From positions 32,001 to 96,000 of IMG/VR virus record IMGVR_UViG_3300032233_002382: a stretch of 64,000 bases of DNA. One strand, given 5' to 3'. The position numbers and the translations under genes were made by a program. Shown piece after piece: positions 34,472-44,217 of this stretch (position 1 is the first letter of the stretch; every line of letters begins with the position of its first letter). Source of the DNA: a virus. Taxonomy: Duplodnaviria; Caudoviricetes. Under the pieces are notes generated by a model, which had not been told where the DNA came from, searched no databases, and saw only the letters and a program-made list of their open reading frames with translations.

Positions 34472-35107
34472 TTACTCTTCCATGACCATTCCGGCGAGTA
34501 CCATCCCAAAACCATCCTTAACGTCCTGGTCCGTCAGCTCAGGCTTATTCAGGAGCTCCTTCTGGATTTTCTTCCAGAGACGCTCTCCGCCCCAAGTATT
34601 CGCCTTCGCCCACCTCTGGTGTTCCTCAGCAAGTTTTTCGATCGAATCAATGTCTCCAAGGAAGGTGTGCGGGGTCGGCTTTACGATAGTGCGTCCGCCA
34701 TAAGCCTGAGGATTCTTGAGCTGGAACTGATAGTGGTTTTCTTCGGACTGGTTCTTTAGGTCGATTTCCTCTCGGAGGCGATTGATTCGAATCGCCACCA
34801 TCTTAGCAAGAGTCTTCTGTGTGACTTTGCCCTTGATCTTAGGCTGGGCATTTTCGATGAGGGGCCTTACTTCGTGTATTGGTTTACGGAAATAGGCAAG
34901 CGCTTGCGGAATCTTCACGAAAGTCAAGTAAAAATCTGACTCAATGGCGCCGTCGGCGTCAGCTTCCTTCCAAGTCCGGATGATAACGTCCGAATCGCCA
35001 GTCACTCGGACCTGATCCGAACTTGCCTTAATGTCAGCTCGTGCGCCTTGGTCACACTTAGCGATCGCCAGGGCATCCAACTGCGGATCGTGGTAGATTG
35101 GCATCAA
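34472..35107 (-). CDS. hypothetical protein with tag (AGMVMEE)
   Basis: Motif copy upstream. Confidence 0.75.
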   Translation of the reverse strand: MMPIYHDPQLDALAIAKCDQGARADIKASSDQVRVTGDSDVIIRTWKEADADGAIESDFYLTFVKIPQALAYFRKPIHEVRPLIENAQPKIKGKVTQKTLAKMVAIRINRLREEIDLKNQSEENHYQFQLKNPQAYGGRTIVKPTPHTFLGDIDSIEKLAEEHQRWAKANTWGGERLWKKIQKELLNKPELTDQDVKDGFGMVLAGMVMEE

Positions 35108-35169
35108 GCCTCCGTGCGCGGGAATCGCGCACCAACAAAACGGACAAGGCGCCCGACTTCCGATATGCT

Positions 35170-35511
35170 TTAGGCAGAACTCACGACGTAAACTGACTCT
35201 TCCATGTAAGACACGTTATTGAGGATGTTTTCCTGGGCATTACTTACTTTGTGCTTAACCGCTTCAATGAGAGCGCATCCAATTGCCATTGAGAGACTCT
35301 CGAATGCACCGAGGTCTTCGTGGTCCATCTCCCATCCTGTGTCGTCATCATAGTACCCGTTGATTTGCGAGACCACCCATTTCTCGTCCACACGATCAAT
35401 GTCGAGGCCGTCGACTTCAAGGTGGTTAGCGTCAACGACCTTGATCTCGGAATTCGGAAATCGCTTCGTGAAAACGTCGATCGCTTCGGTTTCATCAGTG
35501 TTCATTGGCAT
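35170..35511 (-). CDS. hypothetical protein (start about MPMNTDE; track ORF extends through promoters)
   Basis: AGGAG SD and motif copy at 35527-35559. Confidence 0.65.
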   Translation of the reverse strand: MPMNTDETEAIDVFTKRFPNSEIKVVDANHLEVDGLDIDRVDEKWVVSQINGYYDDDTGWEMDHEDLGAFESLSMAIGCALIEAVKHKVSNAQENILNNVSYMEESVYVVSSA

Positions 35512-35688
35512 CTCCTGGTAAGTCGACCACATTATCAACGAGGGAAGCGGCCGATTTCCGACATTCTTCAAAGTAAATACGGAAATCGGAGAGGTCGTCG
35601 CGTCTCTTTGGTGGATCAACCAAATCTCTAATCTAAAGAGCGCTGGAAGTGCGGCGCTGTTGCCGTCCTGTTGCCGGAGGTGCCACAT

Positions 35689-36315
35689 ATGGGGAAGTCG
35701 AGTTTTGAGAAGATTACTGACGCGCTTTACGAAACGGGCGAGTTCAAGTCGCTCATGATTGAGATAAAGGAACGAATCCAGTCGACCAAGATTACGCATT
35801 ATGCCGGTGCGTGCAATTCATATGACCCGAAGGCTACGCTGATGGTTCATATGGAGACCGAGTACTGCGGCAAGAAGAATGAGGCTGCCAGCAACGTCGG
35901 TAACATGAAGACGAATCCGTTCTGGACGATCTCCCGTGATCTATACCTGCCAGACTCATTCAAGGCGATTTTTAACGCGAATTTCGGTGTACTGAAGCCG
36001 AACTCGACAAAGAAATATCGCGTCCCGACATACAACGTGAAGCGAGACAAGGCGTACGAACACTTTGCATCCAATGCAAGGGGCAAAATTGCGGTTGAAT
36101 TCGACACGATGATTAAGGATAAGTCGAGTCAGATTCGAAACCAGGCACTTGAGTTCGACACGACTCCCATGGCGGATCAGATTAAGCAGGACACTCGAGA
36201 TCGGTTCACGATCGACTCGATTAAGGAGACTCTACTCCGCTTCAAGGACGCCAGGCCTGAGATCTTGAAGGCTGCCATGGATGAGTTCGTGTGTCATGCT
36301 ATCATGGAAAACTAG
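35689..36315 (+). CDS. hypothetical protein with tag (CHAIMEN)
   Basis: Two tandem motif copies, GGAGG SD. Confidence 0.75.
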   Translation: MGKSSFEKITDALYETGEFKSLMIEIKERIQSTKITHYAGACNSYDPKATLMVHMETEYCGKKNEAASNVGNMKTNPFWTISRDLYLPDSFKAIFNANFGVLKPNSTKKYRVPTYNVKRDKAYEHFASNARGKIAVEFDTMIKDKSSQIRNQALEFDTTPMADQIKQDTRDRFTIDSIKETLLRFKDARPEILKAAMDEFVCHAIMEN

Positions 36316-36482
36316 TTCGGCAAGGAGTGGCTTACCCGCAATAGGGCGGATAATCCACTGTAAGTTGATAGGACTCCCATCCCACGCAAAGAGCGCCGGA
36401 AGTCGAGGCGGCGGCGCGTCGGTTGGGTGGGCGGCGCGGTGGGTGGTCCACGGCGGTCCGACCCCTTGAGGAGCGAGTAATC

Positions 36483-37583
36483 ATGCTGACTGGCATCGTT
36501 GAGATCCCGAACGACACGTACATGGACGTCCTGCGATTCAATATCCGCACGGGCGGCAATATGCTCGCCTTCGGCCAGGCCGGTATCGGCAAGACCGAGA
36601 TGGCCCAGCAGGCGGCGGTTAATGAGGGATTCGGGGTCTGCTACCTGAACCTCTCCGTCCTCGAGGCCCCCGATCTTCTTGGCCTCCCCCTCATCACCGA
36701 CGACAAGAGCGTGGATTACGCCCGACCGCGCTTCCTCCCGATCGAGGGGAAGGTCGACAAGCCGGTGGTCCTGCTCGTGGATGAGCTGGATAAGGCCAAG
36801 CCCGAGCTTCAGAATCCCCTCCTCGAGCTGTTCCAGAGCCACTCGCTCAACGGCACCAAGCTGGCGATCCAGGCCATCATCGCCACGGGTAACCTCCCCG
36901 ACGAGGGTGCCCACTCGCAGCCGGTCTCCCATGCCCTCACGAACCGGTGCAAGGTCTACAAGCTGGTGAGCGCCTTCGAGCCTTGGCGTCAGTGGGCGCA
37001 GGATTCGAATCTGAACGCATTCATCATCGGCTTCCTGAGCAAGAATCAGGAGTTCCTGAGCCGTCCTCCGGTCGAGGGTGACCCCACGGCTTACTGCCGA
37101 CCCTCTCCTCGCGCGTGGTCCCAGGCTGCCCGTGAGCTGGACCAGACCACCACCAAGGATACGGTCGACTTCCAGACCCTCCTCGTCGCTGGTCGGGTGG
37201 GTAGTGAGGCCGCAGCCAAGTTCCGCGTCTGGCTGGAGCACTACCGCATCCTCGAGCCCATCATCGATCGTCTGGTGGCGGAGGGTACCCTGCCGAATAT
37301 GGGGGAGATGACCATCGACCGCCAGCTGGTCTGCGCGATTGGTGCTGCAAGCGCGGTGGCCCAGGAGTGCCGCAAGGACGTGAAGGATAAGGCGAAGCAT
37401 CAGGAGGCCGTGAACAAGACGGCTAAGAATGTCTTCACCTGGCTCCAGAAGCTCCCCTCCGAGTTCCAGATTGCCGCAGTGAAGAGCACTCTGAACATGG
37501 AGATCATCACGAAGTACCAGCTGACGAAGATCCCTGAGGTCATGAACACCTACCTCAGCGTCCGGAAGGCCATGAAGGACTAG
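36483..37583 (+). CDS. MoxR-like AAA+ ATPase
   Basis: GQAGIGKT Walker A, LLVDE Walker B, IIATGN, ALTNR. Confidence 0.9.
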   Translation: MLTGIVEIPNDTYMDVLRFNIRTGGNMLAFGQAGIGKTEMAQQAAVNEGFGVCYLNLSVLEAPDLLGLPLITDDKSVDYARPRFLPIEGKVDKPVVLLVDELDKAKPELQNPLLELFQSHSLNGTKLAIQAIIATGNLPDEGAHSQPVSHALTNRCKVYKLVSAFEPWRQWAQDSNLNAFIIGFLSKNQEFLSRPPVEGDPTAYCRPSPRAWSQAARELDQTTTKDTVDFQTLLVAGRVGSEAAAKFRVWLEHYRILEPIIDRLVAEGTLPNMGEMTIDRQLVCAIGAASAVAQECRKDVKDKAKHQEAVNKTAKNVFTWLQKLPSEFQIAAVKSTLNMEIITKYQLTKIPEVMNTYLSVRKAMKD

Positions 37584-37599
37584 ACCACCTGGTCCTTCG

Positions 37600-37717
37600 A
37601 CCCCACCCACCCCTCGACGAGGGGTGGGTGGGGTTTTTCGGATATCTAACGTACCTTGGCAAGGTGAGTTGCACATATGTTTAGGCCCCACCCAGGCGAT
37701 CCTGGGTGGGGCCTAAA
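37600..37717. terminator. two convergent hairpins
   Basis: accccacccacccctcg/cgaggggtgggtggggt plus T-run; tttaggccccacccagg/cctgggtggggcctaaa. Confidence 0.75.
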
Positions 37718-37734
37718 CAGTTTTTCAATACTGA

Positions 37735-38052
37735 CTATTCTTCGGAACCGCCGGACTCCTCAGAACCACCAGCCTTAACACGGCTTTCCATAGTCTTAAC
37801 GAGGTTCTCGAGTGCCTTCAGTCCCTGAGGTAGTTCCTTGAAAGCGTCAACCACTTCTTTTTCCTGACCCTGGAATTTGGGTCCTAGTATTTTCAATCGG
37901 GACATCTTCTGGTCAAGAGTCTCTTCCTTACCAGCAATCTTCGAAACGAGATTCTTTAGATCCCGAATAACGAGATCTTTCGAAGGACTCTTAGAGGCCT
38001 CGATAGTTGCCGCAATTCGCTTGAGTTCTCTAGATAGGTCTGACGGATTCAT
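37735..38052 (-). CDS. protein with long conserved N-terminal leader
   Basis: MNPSDLSRELKRIAATIEASKSPSKDLVIRD. Confidence 0.75.
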   Translation of the reverse strand: MNPSDLSRELKRIAATIEASKSPSKDLVIRDLKNLVSKIAGKEETLDQKMSRLKILGPKFQGQEKEVVDAFKELPQGLKALENLVKTMESRVKAGGSEESGGSEE

Positions 38053-38088
38053 AGGTTTTCTCCCTGCAATACGTGGGTAATAAGTGAT

Positions 38089-38673
38089 TTAAATAGATAT
38101 GGAAAGAGCCGCCTCAAGATATTTCTTTCGATCGTTGAAATATTTGAGGTAATAAGCATGTTCCCAGACATCTAAAGTGAATAAAACTTTGGCGTTCACT
38201 AAAGACTGATTCTGGTGATTTTCGATCACATTGATCATTAACTGATTGGCGATCTGATCCTCGGCGAGACAGACCCAAGCGGACCCCTCAGCCTTAGTAC
38301 CAGCTTCAATGAATTGCTCTTTGAAAGACTCAACCGAACCGAAATCCTCGACCAGCCTTTCCTGAAGACCCTTCAAGATAGTGTTTGACGGATCGATACA
38401 ATTCCAGTATAAAGTGTGAAGAATGTGACCACTATAATTAAAAGCGAGATTTCTCTCAATTCCCTTTAGGTGAGTGAAATCCTTCTTCTCTCGAGCCTCT
38501 TGAAGTTGATCCAGGTTCTCATTCAAACCATCTACATATGATTGGTGGTGCTTGTCATGGTGTAAAGATAAAATTTGTTCGGGGATTATATGGCTTATAG
38601 ATTTGGGGTCAAATGGTAATGGCGGAAGGATATAACGGCTTTGGGCAGCAATACGAAAGTCATAGTCGATCAT
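38089..38673 (-). CDS. sod: Fe/Mn superoxide dismutase with N-terminal leader
   Basis: LPPLPF, HHDKHHQSYVDGLN, FNYSGHILHTLYW, DVWEHAYY. Confidence 0.95.
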   Translation of the reverse strand: MIDYDFRIAAQSRYILPPLPFDPKSISHIIPEQILSLHHDKHHQSYVDGLNENLDQLQEAREKKDFTHLKGIERNLAFNYSGHILHTLYWNCIDPSNTILKGLQERLVEDFGSVESFKEQFIEAGTKAEGSAWVCLAEDQIANQLMINVIENHQNQSLVNAKVLFTLDVWEHAYYLKYFNDRKKYLEAALSISI

Positions 38674-38782
38674 ATACTAATGTCCCAAAAAGAAATTAAA
38701 TACCGCAAAGCACAGCGGAAGTCGGCGCGTCGGCGCGTCTATTTGGTGGGCGGATTGGCCGCCCCCGTATCGGAGGATTGAG

Positions 38783-40267
38783 ATGGACTTTACCGCATCT
38801 ATTACGCGTCTGAGCGACCCTAAGAACGTTGCGACCAGCCCCCGACAGCTCAAGGATCTGAACGAAAAGATCTCGAGCACCATGACCCGTCTCTTCCGAC
38901 AGCCTGAGAACGGAGGCAATCCGTTCCTCTTCGCGCTCGCTGGCCCCAAGCCGCACGAGCTGGCTCGTGACGGGATCGATACCGCAGCGACCGATGGCAA
39001 GAAGTTCTACTGGAATCCGGACTGGCTCGAGCAGATGGATGCCGACCAAGTGGCGACCATCATGTCGCACGAGTCCTACCATGTCCTCTTCTTCCATTGC
39101 TCTCCGGAGCGGGCGGGTGGTCTGAACCCGCAGGTCTGGAACATCGCCGTCGACTACATCGTGAACGGGGTGATTATGGCCGATCACGAGAAGTCGGGTC
39201 GTTCGAAGAAGCAGCCTAAGTTGTTCTACGGGGCCATGGGCACCCCGATCTCGCTCCAGCAGTACATCGAGTGGATTGACGGCAAGCGTGACTCGCTTCC
39301 GGAGCCTGGGTGCTTCGCGGACGAGACGACTCACGGTCGAAGCCCTGAGTCGATCTACGACCAGATCCAGAAGGCCTTCATGAACAGCCCCCGTCGCTGC
39401 AAGGAGAATGCAGGTGGTTGCGGGGCGCTCTCCATCGACCCCAAGACCGGCATTTCGACGCTGGGTCCTGGCCCCTACGAGCCGGATTGCTGCCAGAAGT
39501 GCGGTGCCAAGCCGAACCAGGGGTTTGGGCCAGGGTCGCTCGACTCCCATCTCCCCTCCCAGCAGACCAAGGATGAGACCCTTGGAGATATGATGAGGGC
39601 GGCTGAGCAGACCCGTGCCATGGGTCGCGGGGATGTGCCAGGGGATATTGAGGCAGCCCTGGGTCGCCTCAAGAAGCCGGAGCTGTCTGCGCGGGATATC
39701 ATCCGTGCAGCCATCGCCCAGAAGCGACTGGATGCCGGTAATAACAATGATTGGAAGCGATTCCGTCGTCGTCCAGCATACATCTACGAGAAGGATGTGG
39801 AGGGTAACTACAAGCCCACCCACCGGCTCTACACGCCCAAGAAGCACGACTTCAAGCCGAAGTGGGTCGCGCTGATGGATACCTCTGGCTCGATGAGCGA
39901 TGATGATATCGCCAACGGGGTGAAGGAGCTGAAGATTGTGGCGGATATTGCCGAGGGTACTATCGTCCCCTGCGACACCCGCCCCTTCTGGGATAAGGCC
40001 ACCAAGGTCACGAAGGCCACCGATATCACGCGGACCAAGGTGGCTGGTCGTGGAGGCACCGTCTTCGAGCAGTTCTTCCGTGAGCTTCCGAAGCAGGCTT
40101 GCGGTCAGGAAGTGGACCTTGTAATCATCATCACCGACGGCGACTGTGATCAGGTTCCGGTGAATCTGATGCCCAAGGGGGCCGATACCCTGTGGATCAT
40201 CACGAACAAGCGGGAGTTTAAGCCGAATTTCGGACGGGTTTGCCAGCTCCGTCCCTCCCACGCGTAA
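38783..40267 (+). CDS. DUF2201-type metallopeptidase-VWA protein
   Basis: TAATDG, HESYH (HExxH), WNIAVDYIVN; C-terminal VWA DTSGSMS...GRGGT.F. Confidence 0.9.
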   Translation: MDFTASITRLSDPKNVATSPRQLKDLNEKISSTMTRLFRQPENGGNPFLFALAGPKPHELARDGIDTAATDGKKFYWNPDWLEQMDADQVATIMSHESYHVLFFHCSPERAGGLNPQVWNIAVDYIVNGVIMADHEKSGRSKKQPKLFYGAMGTPISLQQYIEWIDGKRDSLPEPGCFADETTHGRSPESIYDQIQKAFMNSPRRCKENAGGCGALSIDPKTGISTLGPGPYEPDCCQKCGAKPNQGFGPGSLDSHLPSQQTKDETLGDMMRAAEQTRAMGRGDVPGDIEAALGRLKKPELSARDIIRAAIAQKRLDAGNNNDWKRFRRRPAYIYEKDVEGNYKPTHRLYTPKKHDFKPKWVALMDTSGSMSDDDIANGVKELKIVADIAEGTIVPCDTRPFWDKATKVTKATDITRTKVAGRGGTVFEQFFRELPKQACGQEVDLVIIITDGDCDQVPVNLMPKGADTLWIITNKREFKPNFGRVCQLRPSHA

Positions 40268-40276
40268 GATAACCCT

Positions 40277-40313
40277 ATCCCACCCAGGCATCACTACGAT
40301 GCCTGGGTGGGAT
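40277..40313 (+). terminator. hairpin
   Basis: atcccacccaggcatc / gatgcctgggtgggat. Confidence 0.7.
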
Positions 40314-40333
40314 CTTTCGTATTTAGGTGACAC

Positions 40334-40645
40334 ATGCCGAAAGATACTAAGAAGTACACGGAAAAGGAACGGGCAGCCGCGATTCAGAAGATGTATCGGT
40401 TCTTGACGGACAAGCATCAGAACCATAGTTGGGTGTTCCGTCCAGGCAGAGACCCGATTTTCACTCGGACTAAGTCACCGCAGGATCTCTACAATCTCAT
40501 CCAGATGTTCTTCTACCATGAGCATGAGATTAAAGCACTTTCTAAGTGGGCCAATACCCACAAGCGGGCCTTTAAAGAGTTGAAGCCTGAGGACTATAAG
40601 GCAGTCCAGGATCTATTTGCCGTCGAAGCCGTTCACGAGTCTTAA
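40334..40645 (+). CDS. hypothetical protein with tag (VEAVHES)
   Basis: ORF followed by hairpin, no overlapping downstream gene. Confidence 0.7.
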   Translation: MPKDTKKYTEKERAAAIQKMYRFLTDKHQNHSWVFRPGRDPIFTRTKSPQDLYNLIQMFFYHEHEIKALSKWANTHKRAFKELKPEDYKAVQDLFAVEAVHES

Positions 40646-40716
40646 ATAACTTGAGGGCCCTGGGATTCGTTCCAGGGCCCTCAAGCGAGCGGGTAGCGAC
40701 TTCGAACTAGTTTACA

Positions 40717-41400
40717 CTAGAAGGAATAGTCTACCACCGTAAACTCTTCCGCCTCGCCAGCGCGGCAACCGCACGCGCAATCGGGCGGACAGTGGCAGGT
40801 GCCAGCTCCGCACGCCTCACAGCCGCACGAACAGGCGGGAGCGACAGCGTGCGACGGCGCATGGTCGTGCACCGTCGGCATCGACCCCTTGGACTTCTCG
40901 CCCATAATATAACGTTTGGCTTTAGCGACACGGTCTGCAGCTTCAGACAGACACTGATCTACCCACTGAGGTAGGTCGTCACAATTGTTCATGAGCTGCA
41001 TTATTTCCATGACGTCGTGCATCATGGTTACCGTGTTTGAATAAGCCATGTATGATACTGGAAAGACCCCAGGATGCTCTTCGATCACCACGTTCGGATC
41101 TAGAAGGACAGTAGGAGCCATACCAGAAGTACTGGAACGCTTCTTACCAAACCCATCAGATAATCTCTCGGCCACTTCGAGAGCCATGGCACCTGGTCCT
41201 CGATGTTTGATGTAGCTAAGCTGAGTTTTAACGTCAGTGGGCTTGTGAACCAAAACACCACCTTGCTTTTCGAATTCATCTGGCTTTACATGAAGTTCCA
41301 AAGCTCGTACATTTTTACTCTTATTTACTACTTTAACAATATCATCGATTATCTTTTTAATATTTTCATCTGCAGACATACGATAGTCATAATTAGACAT
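40717..41400 (-). CDS. putative virion protein with short leader and Cys/His-rich tail (start MSNYDY)
   Basis: GGAGG SD; DDLPQWV...L..A.D...AKRYI segment; CSCGCEAC...CHC...CACGC. Confidence 0.7.
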   Translation of the reverse strand: MSNYDYRMSADENIKKIIDDIVKVVNKSKNVRALELHVKPDEFEKQGGVLVHKPTDVKTQLSYIKHRGPGAMALEVAERLSDGFGKKRSSTSGMAPTVLLDPNVVIEEHPGVFPVSYMAYSNTVTMMHDVMEIMQLMNNCDDLPQWVDQCLSEAADRVAKAKRYIMGEKSKGSMPTVHDHAPSHAVAPACSCGCEACGAGTCHCPPDCACGCRAGEAEEFTVVDYSF

Positions 41401-41510
41401 AGTTCCTCCAGTATTACAACACTTCAATAATGGTCTATATAGGTTAAGCAGATCCGGAAGTCGGACGGCCCGACCGTTTCGCATATGCAAGACTAACCAA
41501 CGGAGTCGAA

Positions 41511-42278
41511 ATGCTACTGAGTGAGATGGACGCATCTGATGCCGCCAAAGAAGTGCTCAAGTCTGAGAAAATTCATAAGCTTGGGAGCGAATCTGATCAA
41601 GAGCATGAAGAGAAGGTGGCTCAGATCCACAACGATGTCGCAAGGATTATCGAATTTATTCGGAATGCGAAGATTACTTCCACAGAAATCAAAGCAAATC
41701 GTGGTTCAAAGTATGGATCACTGATTTCGAATCAGTATCCTGGTGTCTACATCCATCAAATCATCACGCTATCTGATGGAAAGCACAAGTACTCAGTAAA
41801 TAATCCCGAATTAATCGCAAAGACTGACTATGCGGACCAGAACAAGATAGTTCCATCAAGTTTCTTCGGGATTTGGGGTGATAAAAGAGTATACCTGAGC
41901 GACCGCTCCCTGTCTCGAATGACCAAAGCCGCTCCGAATCTTGTTAATCTATATCGAAGTGCTCTTGAGATTCGTTTGGGGTTTACGCAGGAAATTGCCG
42001 AACAAGCCGCAGACAAGTATGTGAATAAGAACCAAGGGCGCGCAAAGGCTCAGATTATTAAGAAGATGGGTGGCTTCCTTGCCGAATGCAATCTCAAAGA
42101 TGAGGACCCGGAGTTCCTTCTCCAGATCATGAAGTTCATCTCTCGAGACAACTTCTGGGAGATGAAGAATTTCTTCAATTACTGTCGACGAAATCGTGGT
42201 GATATCAATTTTCTGACACCCGATGAAGTGATCCAGGCTCAAAATCTTGCTAAGGCGATTGAAATCCAGAAGTCCTAA
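41511..42278 (+). CDS. hypothetical protein with tag (IEIQKS)
   Basis: Motif copy upstream. Confidence 0.75.
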   Translation: MLLSEMDASDAAKEVLKSEKIHKLGSESDQEHEEKVAQIHNDVARIIEFIRNAKITSTEIKANRGSKYGSLISNQYPGVYIHQIITLSDGKHKYSVNNPELIAKTDYADQNKIVPSSFFGIWGDKRVYLSDRSLSRMTKAAPNLVNLYRSALEIRLGFTQEIAEQAADKYVNKNQGRAKAQIIKKMGGFLAECNLKDEDPEFLLQIMKFISRDNFWEMKNFFNYCRRNRGDINFLTPDEVIQAQNLAKAIEIQKS

Positions 42279-42349
42279 AGGGAACTGGAAGTCGGACGCG
42301 GCGCGCGTCTTCTTGGTGGGCGACTTGGCGCCCGATATGGAGGCATAAC

Positions 42350-42676
42350 ATGGCTCGCACGAATGAATTCACGAAGCTGGCTGAGGTTGTCGAGGTGATG
42401 GAGGTTCCAAGTGGGTGTTTTAACAAGATGCGAATCTGCATTACTGGTCATCTGGGTAAGCCTCGACATGAGATCGTCCGTCTTATTGAGCAGGGTGGTG
42501 GTGTTTTTCATGACACTGTGAAGTACGACACCACCCACCTTCTGACGAACGCTGATTGGACGACGATCAATGGGAAGACTTCGTCCAAATACGACAAGGC
42601 CAAGAAGTATGGATGCAAGTTCATCAGCGAGGCTGATTTCTTCTCGATGATGACATCGGCTGAGGCAGCCGCATGA
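42350..42676 (+). CDS. stand-alone BRCT domain protein
   Basis: ICITGHLGKPRHEI..LIEQGGG....V..DTTHLL....SSK..KAKKYGCKFISE.DF. Confidence 0.85.
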   Translation: MARTNEFTKLAEVVEVMEVPSGCFNKMRICITGHLGKPRHEIVRLIEQGGGVFHDTVKYDTTHLLTNADWTTINGKTSSKYDKAKKYGCKFISEADFFSMMTSAEAAA

Positions 42677-42963
42677 ACTTCTACATTGGCGTGATCTCTG
42701 AAGCCGACAACTTCGATTTAAACATCAAGTACCTTGATACGATTTATACGTCGAGGGAAGCGAACATCGCCAAGAAATACTACGACTCCCTGAATGAAAA
42801 AGATAAGAAGTGGTTTGAACGGTTATCTTTCGACAGTATGATGTGGTGGAGTCGGGCGTTCGTTGATGGAATTAAGAAGACCCCGAAGGAATTGAAAAAG
42901 GAACGGGGTGACTTGATGAGAGCAAAGAGGGAGGCCAAACGTGCCGCACAAATTCGCAGTTGA
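42673..42963 (+). CDS. hypothetical protein
   Basis: ATGA overlap. Confidence 0.65.
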   Translation: MNFYIGVISEADNFDLNIKYLDTIYTSREANIAKKYYDSLNEKDKKWFERLSFDSMMWWSRAFVDGIKKTPKELKKERGDLMRAKREAKRAAQIRS

Positions 42964-43645
42964 TAATGGCTCGACCGACACTGAAATCGAACAAGCGATG
43001 GACCATATCCGGCATACGATCGAACTAGGCCGTCAAGCCGAATTAGCATTAATCAATATTGAGAGACAGGGATATCACAACGGCGACATCACGGTAGTTG
43101 TTGATCCGAATACTAAGACCTATCACGGTGCTCTTAGGAATCTTCGCCTAGCCAAGTACATTGAGCCGACTCGTGATAAGGCTCCATCTTTTGCCGACCT
43201 AAGTGTGACTTGCGGGAGAATGATGGAAGATTCTCACGGCGGTCATTATTTCAAGAGCTGCGAAGTGACCTTAAGCGGAACTCGAGTGAATCAGATTGAG
43301 GGAAAGCTCGTGAACGAGCCATTTTCCATCATCATGGGGAATCTGAGGCTTAAGAAGACCGGACTTTCGATCGAGCTGAAGCATGAACAGTACTACAACC
43401 GATACGACGTAGCTCAGGTATACAAGAAGCCGACGGGATCTTCCATGTCGTCTTATAGAGAGATTGCCAAGTGCGTTGCGGATCATGTGGTGTCGATCGC
43501 AAATAGTTATCATGATCCAGAATTGCAGATTACGCACGATCTTCGGATGAAAGCCCGAGAGTGGTTGGTTTCGGAAGGTGTCATTCAGCGTCTCTCCACG
43601 AGTCTTTTCGAGCAAGCCAAGATTGTTGAGGTGATGAATGCGTAG
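42941..43645 (+). CDS. hypothetical protein with tag (IVEVMNA)
   Basis: ORF. Confidence 0.7.
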   Translation: MPHKFAVDNGSTDTEIEQAMDHIRHTIELGRQAELALINIERQGYHNGDITVVVDPNTKTYHGALRNLRLAKYIEPTRDKAPSFADLSVTCGRMMEDSHGGHYFKSCEVTLSGTRVNQIEGKLVNEPFSIIMGNLRLKKTGLSIELKHEQYYNRYDVAQVYKKPTGSSMSSYREIAKCVADHVVSIANSYHDPELQITHDLRMKAREWLVSEGVIQRLSTSLFEQAKIVEVMNA

Positions 43646-44144
43646 CAGTACTACCCTTCATTATCATAACCTGCCTCAAGCCATCAGTGTAATCAAATCG
43701 GCAAAAGTATCCTCAGCCGGTTCTACCCTAAAGGGTAATTCGATTCAAGTAAGGGTTAAGTTTACGAATACGATGGGTCAGCCGTCGATCGGATATTTTT
43801 CGATCAATTCGAGTCGTATTTCAGACTACAAATTCTACGACCCTGGGTTTATGCGAAAATGCTTTCGAATGTCTGCAATCGGGTCGGCTGCTCGAAACCA
43901 GTATGATGACTGGGTTAAGGGAAATCCGGTCGAATTGCGTAGACTTCAGAAAGAAATCCTCGATGCGGCTAAGAAAGAATACTCAGAGGGTGAAGCCACT
44001 AGGCGCAAAAACGAAGCAGTTGTTGCTAAGTGCCGAAAGGCGCTTTCCGAGTGGATGATCCATTCCTTCAAGCACGGGATTGAGCAGGAGGAGATTCTAG
44101 ATATCATGAGGGAGTCGCTCATCAAGTCTACGATGTCCGAGTGA
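43638..44144 (+). CDS. hypothetical protein with tag (IKSTMSE)
   Basis: ORF, coupled. Confidence 0.7.
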   Translation: MRSSTTLHYHNLPQAISVIKSAKVSSAGSTLKGNSIQVRVKFTNTMGQPSIGYFSINSSRISDYKFYDPGFMRKCFRMSAIGSAARNQYDDWVKGNPVELRRLQKEILDAAKKEYSEGEATRRKNEAVVAKCRKALSEWMIHSFKHGIEQEEILDIMRESLIKSTMSE

Positions 44145-44217
44145 TGAAATGCGGAAGTCGGATGCGCCGTGCGTCTCATATGTGGGCGCACGGCGCGCTC
44201 ATTTGTGGAGGTGAATT

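Larger units (their letters stand above)
15059..35559 (-). promoter_or_regulatory. Same element, 15 minus-strand copies
   Basis: First box (read on + as acttcc/atttcc/gtttcc) at 15086, 15702, 16655, 17952, 19163, 23166, 23559, 24749, 27740, 28833, 30216, 33137, 34452, 35156, 35554. Each has acg exactly 13 nt to the left. Confidence 0.85.

Noticed and set aside
38696-40426. 576-aa minus-strand ORF
   Set aside because: Antisense shadow of the GC3-rich VWA-peptidase gene; no motifs. The same applies to 36312-37691, 5400-6017, 3960-4556 and 12982-13773.
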